Below, piece by piece: positions 17,398-24,743 of a DNA stretch of 32,000 nt. A program made the position numbers and the translations under genes. Numbering within the stretch: the stretch's first letter is position 1; every line of letters starts with the position of its first letter. The stretch comes from Candidatus Nitrospira inopinata. Its GTDB lineage: Bacteria > Nitrospirota > Nitrospiria > Nitrospirales > Nitrospiraceae. The DNA is taken from the NCBI RefSeq assembly GCF_001458695.1, contig NZ_LN885086.1, positions 1,500,001 through 1,532,000 of the forward strand, given 5' to 3'. A model generated the notes under the pieces. It was not told where the DNA came from. It saw nothing but the letters and a program-made list of their open reading frames with translations, and ran no database searches.

Positions 17398-19341
17398 ATG
17401 TCGATTCTCAAAAACATCAACAGCCCGGCTGATTTGAAGCGAGTGTCTCCTGATCGGTTTCCGGCGTTGGCGCAAGAGATTCGTGAGCAGATCATCGATG
17501 CGGTTTCCTCGGTGGGAGGACACCTGGCCTCCAATCTCGGCGTGGTGGAATTGACGATCGCGTTGCACTATCTGCTGGATACACCGACGGACAAGATCGT
17601 ATGGGATACCAGCAATCAATGTTACGCCCACAAACTGCTGACCGGGAGGAGGGAGCGGTTCCATACTCTGAGACAGTATGGCGGGCTCAGCGGTTTCTGT
17701 AAGCGGGAGGAAAGCGAATACGATACCTTCAACGCCGGGCATGCGGGGACCGGAGTCTCCGCCGCGTTTGGGATGGTGGAGGCGCGCGAACAGTTGGGGC
17801 AGAAACACAAAATCGTCTGCGTCGTAGGGGACGGCGCGATGACGGCCGGCATGACGCTGGAAGGGCTTCACCATGCCGGCGGCATGGGCAAGGATTTTTT
17901 GGTGATCTTGAACGATAATCAAATGTCCATTTCCAAGAACGTCGGAGCCATTTCGGCGTATCTGAGCCGGACGATCACCGGAGAATTTTACGGAAAGGTG
18001 CGTCAGGAGACGGGCCAATTGCTGGGGAAAATTCCGCACATCGGTTCGGACATGCAAAAGCTGGCTCGACGAGCGGAGGAGCTGGCCAAAGGCGTGATTC
18101 TGCCGGGATTGCTCTTTGAAGAATTGGGATTTCAATACAGCGGACCCATCGACGGGCATAACTTCGAGCACCTGCTTCCCACGATCGAGAACGTGGTGAA
18201 AATGAGAGGGCCGGTCCTGCTGCACGTGGTGACGAAAAAGGGGCTCGGCTACGAGCCGGCCATGAAGAACCCCGTCTGGTTTCATGCCTGTCCTCCGTTC
18301 GTGCGGGAAACGGGCGCGCCGGCCAAGAAAGCGGCTCGGCCGTCCTATACGGCGATCGCGATCGAGACGTTGATCAAGCAGGCTCGCCAAGACAGGCGGA
18401 TCGTCGCCATTACCGCGGCCATGTGCGAAGGGACGGGGCTGACGGCATTCGAAAAAGAATTTCCCGATCGTCTCTACGACGTGGGGATTGCGGAGCAGCA
18501 CGCGGTGACGTTTGCGGCGGGATTGGCGGCGCAGGGGGTCAAACCGGTCGTGGCCATGTACGCCACGTTCCTTCAGCGCGCCTACGATCAAGTCGTGCAC
18601 GACGTCGCGACGCAAGATCTTCCCGTGGCGTTTCTCATCGACCGGGGCGGGCTTGTCGCGGAAGACGGAACGACGCACCACGGGGCGTTCGACTATGCGT
18701 ACTTGCGTCATGTCCCCAATATGGTCGTCATGGCTCCCAAAGACGAAAACGAATTGCAACACATGGTCAAAACCGCCTTGCAGCACGATGGTCCGATTTC
18801 CGTTCGCTATCCCCGCGGGGTCAGCCTCGGCGTGAAGATGGACGAGTCTCCGACGACGTTGCCGATCGGAAAAGGTGAGTTGTTGAAGGAAGGGACCGAG
18901 GTCGCCATTATTGCCGTGGGCGTCACGGTGTGGCAGGCCTATCAAGCGGCCGAGCGTCTCAGTCGGGAAGGGATTTCAACAGCCGTCGTGAACGCCAGAT
19001 TCGTAAAGCCGTTGGATCGCGAGCTTATCACGGACGTGGCCAGACGAGTTCGCCATGTCGTGACGGTGGAAGAGGGTTGTAAAATCGGGGGGTTCGGATC
19101 CGGCGTGCTGGAATTGCTCTCCGAGGCCCGCGTGACCGGCGTCACGACGAAAATTCTTGGCTTGCCGGATTGGTACATAGAGCAGGGACCTCAGGATCTT
19201 CTCCGCGAGCGATATGGATTGACGGCGGAGGGGATCTACCAAAGCGTAAAAGAACTGATCAGCGGGGCGTCGGTAGAGAGTGACCGGTTCAGCGGCGTGG
19301 CGGGAGAGTATCTCCCCCACGGTGATGAGCAGGGAAGCTGA
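17398..19341 (+). CDS. dxs: 1-deoxy-D-xylulose-5-phosphate synthase
   Basis: MSILKNINSPADLK...GGHLASNLGVVELTIALHY...GDGAMTAGM (TPP motif). AAGGAGAG lies 7 nt upstream of ATG 17398. Confidence 0.95.
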   Translation: MSILKNINSPADLKRVSPDRFPALAQEIREQIIDAVSSVGGHLASNLGVVELTIALHYLLDTPTDKIVWDTSNQCYAHKLLTGRRERFHTLRQYGGLSGFCKREESEYDTFNAGHAGTGVSAAFGMVEAREQLGQKHKIVCVVGDGAMTAGMTLEGLHHAGGMGKDFLVILNDNQMSISKNVGAISAYLSRTITGEFYGKVRQETGQLLGKIPHIGSDMQKLARRAEELAKGVILPGLLFEELGFQYSGPIDGHNFEHLLPTIENVVKMRGPVLLHVVTKKGLGYEPAMKNPVWFHACPPFVRETGAPAKKAARPSYTAIAIETLIKQARQDRRIVAITAAMCEGTGLTAFEKEFPDRLYDVGIAEQHAVTFAAGLAAQGVKPVVAMYATFLQRAYDQVVHDVATQDLPVAFLIDRGGLVAEDGTTHHGAFDYAYLRHVPNMVVMAPKDENELQHMVKTALQHDGPISVRYPRGVSLGVKMDESPTTLPIGKGELLKEGTEVAIIAVGVTVWQAYQAAERLSREGISTAVVNARFVKPLDRELITDVARRVRHVVTVEEGCKIGGFGSGVLELLSEARVTGVTTKILGLPDWYIEQGPQDLLRERYGLTAEGIYQSVKELISGASVESDRFSGVAGEYLPHGDEQGS

Positions 19342-19396
19342 CGCGCTGCGCGAGGTGAGGCCTCGGGCAGCAAACTGAGCGGTCTCGGAATCGTCA

Positions 19397-20581
19397 ATGC
19401 ACATCACCAGGCGACGAACTCGGCAAATTCAGGTCGGCACGGTCAAGATCGGCGGCGATGCTCCGATTTCCGTGCAGTCGATGTGTTCCACGGATACGCG
19501 GGACGTCGAGACGACCGTCGAACAGATCCGCCAGTTGGAGGCCGTGGGGTGCGAATTGATTCGGGTCGCCGTCCCCGATGAAGAAGCCGCGGCCGCTCTC
19601 CCTCGAATCAAAGCGGCCATGACGGTGCCGCTCATTGCGGACATTCACTTTGATTACCGGCTGGCCGTGAGCGCGGCGCGTGTGGTCGATTGCGTGCGGA
19701 TCAATCCGGGCAACATCGGAGCCTGGTGGAAAGTCGAGGAAGTGATCAAGGCGGTCAATGATCGGGGCATTCCGATTCGTATCGGCGTCAACGGCGGATC
19801 GTTGGAAAGGCCGTTGTTGGAGAAGTACGGCTGGCCTTCGCCCGAAGCGCTCTCCGAGTCGGCGCTCAATGCGGTCCATGCGTTGGAGGACGTCGGGTTC
19901 ACCAACATGAAAGTCTCGCTGAAGGCGTCGGACGTGCACCATGCGATCGATGCCTATTGGCTGTTCGCCCATCAGTCGGATTATCCCCTCCATATTGGGA
20001 TTACCGAAGCGGGAACGGCGATGACCGGCGCCGTCAAATCGGCGATCGGCCTCGGCTATCTGTTGGCGAACGGAATCGGGGATACGTTGCGCGTCTCGCT
20101 CGCGGCCGATCCGGTGGAAGAGGTCAAGGTCGGATTTGAAATTTTGAAGTCTCTCGAGCTGCGGCATCGCGGTATTAACGTCATCGCCTGCCCGACGTGC
20201 GGTCGAGTGGAGATCGACGTCGTGCGAATGGCGAATGAATTGGAGAAGAAGCTCGGCCATATCAAAACGCCGCTCAATGTGTCGGTGCTGGGCTGTGTCG
20301 TCAACGGCATCGGCGAAGGCAAGGAGGCCGACATCGGAATCGCCGGCGGCGAAGGCAAGGGCATATTGTTCAAGAAAGGCAAGCTCGTTCGGAAGGTGCC
20401 GATGGAAGAATTGATGGACACATTGATCGAGGAAGTCGAACAGCTTGCCAAGGAGAAAGAAGCCGAGGGTAACGAAAAGGCGGTCTCTCACACGGATTCC
20501 TCGGGATGGCAACCGGGTGCGTCTCAGACGGATCGCCCCTCAACGCTGGGAAGAGAAATTCCCGTCCTGCCTCACCGGTAA
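19397..20581 (+). CDS. ispG: 4-hydroxy-3-methylbut-2-en-1-yl diphosphate synthase (IspG/GcpE)
   Basis: RRRTRQIQVGTVKIGGDAPISVQSM...; cluster ligands CPTCGR and GCVVNGIGE. It carries a C-terminal low-complexity tail of about 40 aa. Confidence 0.95.
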   Translation: MHITRRRTRQIQVGTVKIGGDAPISVQSMCSTDTRDVETTVEQIRQLEAVGCELIRVAVPDEEAAAALPRIKAAMTVPLIADIHFDYRLAVSAARVVDCVRINPGNIGAWWKVEEVIKAVNDRGIPIRIGVNGGSLERPLLEKYGWPSPEALSESALNAVHALEDVGFTNMKVSLKASDVHHAIDAYWLFAHQSDYPLHIGITEAGTAMTGAVKSAIGLGYLLANGIGDTLRVSLAADPVEEVKVGFEILKSLELRHRGINVIACPTCGRVEIDVVRMANELEKKLGHIKTPLNVSVLGCVVNGIGEGKEADIGIAGGEGKGILFKKGKLVRKVPMEELMDTLIEEVEQLAKEKEAEGNEKAVSHTDSSGWQPGASQTDRPSTLGREIPVLPHR

Positions 20582-20693
20582 GCGCGCCGTCGAGAAAAAC
20601 GTTGCCTGCCGAGGTACCGGCCCCTTCGGCTCCCTCTTCGTGCACGACCGACAAAAGATGTAGCTACCTTCTTAATACAGCGATCGTCCTCCC

Positions 20694-22025
20694 ATGAGTC
20701 CTTGGGTCGGAGCGTTCATGGCATCCCCTCTTGCGAGAAGGGTGGTCACCCTTGTTCTCGTGATTGCCGCAGGGATACATGGGTACATTATCTCCTTCGG
20801 GCGATCCTTTCACTTTCGAGATATCGACATCCATCGCGAGATCGGCAGGCGCTTTCTCTCGGGAGAGTATCTCTACGCCAATGACTACTGTTACATGTAT
20901 CTGCCGACCACCGGCATCTATTTCGCTCCCCTGCTGTTTTTCGAACGCAATCTGAGCTTGGTCCTGCGTTACGCCGTTGCGATCGGCTGTTTGGTGATGA
21001 CGATCAGGCTGTTTCAACGGATGTTGGGAGTCGAGACAAGCGCAAGGCCGGCGAATCGCTTATGGCTGGGAGTGGGGGCCGGTGTGCTGGTCCTGCAGTT
21101 CATCCTGAACGATTTGGACGATGGCGGGCCCCATCTTATTCTACTGGGCATCTTGACCGGCGGGCTCTATGCGATATGGGTGGGGAGAGAACGGCTCGGC
21201 GCGGCGTTCGTCGGGCTCGGCATCGCGCTCAAACTCACTCCCGCTCTCTTCGTGCTTTTGTTCGCATGGAAACGGCAGTGGCGTGTGGCCACCTATACTG
21301 TCCTGGCCGTTTTCTTTTGGATTCTGTTGCCTCTCCCGTACATGGGGGCGGCAAGTTGGCGGGACCACCATGTGGAATGGATCAACAATGCACTGTTGTC
21401 CGTGTTTGACCGTCAAGTAGAGGGACGACAAGAAAACGAGCTGCAAAAGGCCAATCTTTCCTTGCGGCACACAATGCTGCGATACCTCGTCGCTTATCCA
21501 AGGACTCATCGGCTTCGCCAAGTTGATCCCGAGTACAGGCCGGTGTTGGATCTTCCCTCCCCGGTTGCCAACGCAATCGTCGGTGCTGCTGCGCTCGGCC
21601 TGCTCGCTTTTTTCGCACGGACCAGCAAGCGGTCGTTCGATGGACCTGGAGATCCCACGTGGGCGAAGGATTGCGCCGGCACCTTGATGTTGGCCCTGTT
21701 TTTGTCTCCCATTACGTGGGATCAACACTTGGTGTGGATGATTCCCGCGGCCTGCGTCGTGGTGGCGGCCGCAGCGCGAATAAACGGCCAATTGAGTCGA
21801 GTCGGGTATGTCATGCTGGGGCTTTATATTGTGCTGACGGTGGTCCTGAATTACGAAGTGGTGGGCTCCGCGAAATGGGAAATGCTGAAGAGTTATCATC
21901 ATCTCGGAATTGCCATGTTCATTTTATTTGGACTGCTGTTACGAAGCGATCCCTCGCCGAAAACCTATCAATCTTCTCTCGGAGACCGATTCACGCAGCC
22001 TTCGAACGTGGTCGGACAGAACTGA
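20694..22025 (+). CDS. Polytopic membrane protein, GT87/DUF2029-like (GT-C fold) glycosyltransferase
   Basis: At least 9 hydrophobic segments. The first loop FRDIDIHREIGRRFLSGEYLY...YMYLP resembles the DUF2029/GT87 acidic-loop motif. An alternative start is ATG 20718, preceded by GGAG. Confidence 0.55.
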   Translation: MSPWVGAFMASPLARRVVTLVLVIAAGIHGYIISFGRSFHFRDIDIHREIGRRFLSGEYLYANDYCYMYLPTTGIYFAPLLFFERNLSLVLRYAVAIGCLVMTIRLFQRMLGVETSARPANRLWLGVGAGVLVLQFILNDLDDGGPHLILLGILTGGLYAIWVGRERLGAAFVGLGIALKLTPALFVLLFAWKRQWRVATYTVLAVFFWILLPLPYMGAASWRDHHVEWINNALLSVFDRQVEGRQENELQKANLSLRHTMLRYLVAYPRTHRLRQVDPEYRPVLDLPSPVANAIVGAAALGLLAFFARTSKRSFDGPGDPTWAKDCAGTLMLALFLSPITWDQHLVWMIPAACVVVAAAARINGQLSRVGYVMLGLYIVLTVVLNYEVVGSAKWEMLKSYHHLGIAMFILFGLLLRSDPSPKTYQSSLGDRFTQPSNVVGQN

Positions 22026-22052
22026 CTCGCGATGGATGCGGCGCGACGCTTG

Positions 22053-22082
22053 TTGTGTTCATGAAAAAGAACCGACTATAAT
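22053..22082 (+). promoter_or_regulatory. Putative sigma70 promoter for tRNA-Cys
   Basis: TTGTGT (22053-22058), an 18-nt spacer, then a perfect TATAAT (22077-22082), 13 nt before the tRNA 5' end. Confidence 0.45.
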
Positions 22083-22095
22083 GCCGCCTCCGTGA

Positions 22096-22170
22096 GGCGC
22101 CGTACCCAAGTGGTAAGGGAGCAGTCTGCAAAACTGCGATGCGGCGGTTCGAACCCGCCCGGCGCCTCCA
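22096..22170 (+). tRNA. tRNA-Cys (anticodon GCA), CCA encoded
   Basis: Hand-folded cloverleaf. Acceptor stem GGCGCCG/CGGCGCC. D arm CCC-AAGTGGTAA-GGG. Anticodon stem GCAGT/ACTGC with loop CTGCAAA. T arm GGCGG-TTCGAAC-CCGCC. Discriminator T followed by CCA. Confidence 0.9.
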
Positions 22171-22602
22171 CCTCATAATCCGTTCTCCCTCCCCTGCTGT
22201 GCCTTTTTGCCGGATCATTGAACCAAGTCTTGGAAAGAGGTCTTGCGGTGTGGGGATCCCATCATTGACTCGGCAGAGTCTTGTCAATCACCCCGGGTGG
22301 CCCCTTCATGCGATGTAGGCCAGAGCAAGATGGAAAAGTTGGCTACTCCCTGTCTGGAGTCGGTCCAGGAAGGTGATATTCAGAAAGGTGAGATGGGGGT
22401 TGGCTCGTGCATAGTATGCTGAGCACTTGTGTGGGGGAAGAGATCGCCAAAACTCTGCCAGAAGACTTGCGTCGCTACCCGTAATTCAAAGGAGGCATCA
22501 GTTACGAAGTCGGCATGAGGATGCTGTTTCTCTGTGCAGGAGAAAGCCTCCATTGATCGTTGTTCTGTCCATCCAAATAGACACAAGTGGTGAATTAGCT
22601 TG

Positions 22603-22674
22603 GATACAGACCAGGATACATATGGATACAGTCTGCTTATGAGCAGACACGTACGTATTAAGTATTAATACTTG
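22603..22674. repeat. Cluster of direct repeats and perfect palindromes in the island leader
   Basis: GGATACA occurs 3 times (22603-09, 22615-21, 22625-31). Hairpin GTCTGCT-tatg-AGCAGAC (22632-22649). ACGTACGT follows. Perfect 14-bp palindrome AAGTATTAATACTT (22661-22674). Confidence 0.8.
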
Positions 22675-23289
22675 TATTTGAAAGAGTCTCGTATCTCATC
22701 CGATCATTCGCTTGCCCGTCGAGATAGCCGCCTGATGATCAAAAAAGAGCTTGTTATCTATCACTTGGGAGAAGCTTGCAACAACTGTAGTTGGTTGGGA
22801 GCTCTGTCCCAAGAGGCTAGCAGGAGAGCGGTGTCAACCTGACCGCTCTGCGGCAGGTAAAGCGTGGCACGGTCTATGCGTGACTCTACGTAGCTGTTTT
22901 GAGCAGAGCCATTGCCCTGCGAGGATGCCCGAGGATGCCATGGAAAGGAGATGGCAGAGAAGGAAGGATGGTCGCAATGATGGGTTGACTGGCGGCGATG
23001 GGTCTCAATGGTCTTGCCTGGTTCCATCAGGCCCACTGTGGGTTAAAGGACAGCTTGTGAGCAGAAGAGTGAAGAAGGTGCTGAATTCTGGCCGGGGAGA
23101 AGCGGCATTCACGGCATAGGCAAAGAGATGATGAAAAAGGGGTGATGAAACACATGGGACGAAGCCGTCGTTGACATGAGGTTTGGGGAAGGAAAGGTCG
23201 CCAGGTTGGGGTTGCTAAGCCGCATGTCGCGAACAGATGTTCGGCGATGGCGCAAGGACGCATTCATACCTAAGGATGGAGGTGCAGCG

Positions 23290-24648
23290 ATGACCCGTAA
23301 AGATGAAGCGAGTGCACTGGCAACATTCGGGGATATTCCATGTTGCCCCAATCTGGACACGGAACCGGTGTGTGACGTGATCGATTTGCGCCGTCGATTG
23401 GTCTTCCCGACCAAGGTGCGTACAGAGAACGGGCAAGTGGTCAGGGTTGAAGTAATCTTTCATATCCGCTTTAAACGCTGCGCGGGTTCGCTGGCGTTGG
23501 GTGATCTGGTTTATACGACTACGTTGCTGCCGGGAGAAAAGGTCAGGCTGGCGACCACGGACCGACGCAGTCGGTTCAGCTTCGACAGCGAGACGAATCT
23601 GAGCTATCGAAGCGAGCAGATGTCGGAAGAGCAATACCGAATGTCGGCGCTTCGCACATTCATGACGGATGAGAATGTCGTGGATCGCGGTCGCGACCGA
23701 GCCTCATCAAGCGGTTCGTGGGATTTTCACGGAGACGCCAGCGGCGGCCTCGGCTTCTTTTCGGTCAGCGCCGATACGAACGCACGGGGGAGCCACAATG
23801 CCCAGTCCGCTCGTGATTATCTTCGCGAACATCGCGCTCATGCCGAGATGGCCGATCACCAATCGGTGGAAGCGACACGGAAGGCGCACTCGCTTTCTAT
23901 TGGCGAGGTTTCTTCTCGAACGCACAAAGAGGGTGAATCGCAAGAACATTTCGAGTCATCCTCACGGGAGTTCAGCAACCCCAATCATTGTCATGCGATC
24001 ACGTTTCTCTTTTACCGCATCAATAAGACCGAGACGATCAAGCTCGAACTGGTGTCGATTGAGCGCCGTGTCATTGATCCGGTGGCGCTCATGCCGGTGC
24101 CGGCGAATCCTCTGCGTACGATCGGGCAAGTTTCCACGATACCTCAGGAGGTCCCGGCCACGAGCAAGACTCGGTTGGAAGTGGAGGCGCGGGCGCTCCA
24201 GAGCGAAGCCCAGTATGCACAAGCGGCGGGGGGAGGCGGCGTGACGCTCGGCCGTTTGGCGCTGACAACGGTTTCCTCCGCCGCCCCGGTCGTTGAATTG
24301 GGCAGACAGGACCCTCTTTCCAAGGAACTGCGAAACGCCGCATTGGCTGAAGTAGATAAGCAACTGGCGGAAGAAGGATTGATCGAAAAGGTCGGTGGGC
24401 CGGTGTCCAAGCGCGCGCAGGAAGAGTTTGGATACGAACGTAAGACCGCCCTGCCGACGGCGGGCGTGATCGTCAAAGGGTGTCTGGATATCTGCAATGT
24501 ATGCGAGCCTGAACTGCAAAGAAAAATGCAGCTCGAGCTGGAACGGATGGAATTGGAAAACCAGCTTCTGAAACGCAAGATCGAGCTGCTCGACAAGGCG
24601 CAGGAGTATCGTTGTTGCCCTGAAGGGGCGAAGGAGGAGAACGGTTGA
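23290..24648 (+). CDS. Hypothetical 452-aa protein: N-terminal beta-rich globular region, Ser/Gly/His/charged low-complexity centre, C-terminal coiled coil, paired-Cys motifs; no signal peptide or TM segment
   Basis: Long ORF with protein-like composition. GGAGGTG lies 6 nt upstream of ATG 23290 (the track ORF starts at 23176). Motifs: IPCCPNLD, TTLLPGEKVRL, NPNHCHAITFLFYRI, CLDICNVCEPE, LQRKMQLELERMELENQLLKRKIELLDKAQEYRCCPEG. Confidence 0.7.
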   Translation: MTRKDEASALATFGDIPCCPNLDTEPVCDVIDLRRRLVFPTKVRTENGQVVRVEVIFHIRFKRCAGSLALGDLVYTTTLLPGEKVRLATTDRRSRFSFDSETNLSYRSEQMSEEQYRMSALRTFMTDENVVDRGRDRASSSGSWDFHGDASGGLGFFSVSADTNARGSHNAQSARDYLREHRAHAEMADHQSVEATRKAHSLSIGEVSSRTHKEGESQEHFESSSREFSNPNHCHAITFLFYRINKTETIKLELVSIERRVIDPVALMPVPANPLRTIGQVSTIPQEVPATSKTRLEVEARALQSEAQYAQAAGGGGVTLGRLALTTVSSAAPVVELGRQDPLSKELRNAALAEVDKQLAEEGLIEKVGGPVSKRAQEEFGYERKTALPTAGVIVKGCLDICNVCEPELQRKMQLELERMELENQLLKRKIELLDKAQEYRCCPEGAKEENG

Positions 24649-24743
24649 TAGCGGTGTCTGTTAAGAAAGAAGACCTCTAAAACGATGGGGCGGTTTTTTA
24701 TCGAGAAAGATTTTTTACTCTCTTTCATAGGAGGATGACAGTC

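Noticed and set aside
17323-18945. Very long antisense ORFs opposite annotated genes: this one opposite dxs, plus 9852-11063(-), 12049-13068(-), 13131-14231(-), 13774-14772(-), 19394-20512(-), 21141-21902(-), 15252-16223(-), 1129-2199(+), 4799-5530(-), 7092-7895(-) and 31212-31823(-).
   Set aside because: Their translations are Arg/Pro/His/Gly-rich with no recognisable motifs. Each lies opposite a gene with unambiguous family signatures. Stop-codon-poor antisense frames are expected in GC-rich DNA.
19260-20581. C-terminal low-complexity tails on Dxs (about 25 aa) and IspG (about 40 aa).
   Set aside because: These are plausibly lineage-specific disordered extensions. I see no frameshift or fusion signature, and there is nothing testable from sequence alone.
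22751-23119. A 122-aa + strand ORF in the island leader, and the smaller ORFs at 22380-22586(-), 22427-22642(+), 23027-23263(-) and 23109-23414(-).
   Set aside because: Their composition is rich in Trp, Cys and Arg. They have no RBS and no recognisable motifs, and they overlap one another. I treat the region as non-coding.
24649-24743. A possible terminator between the 452-aa and 725-aa genes (AAAACGatggggCGGTTTTTT).
   Set aside because: The stem pairs poorly (AAAACG against CGGTTTT needs a bulge) and is short. I therefore kept the two genes in one operon.
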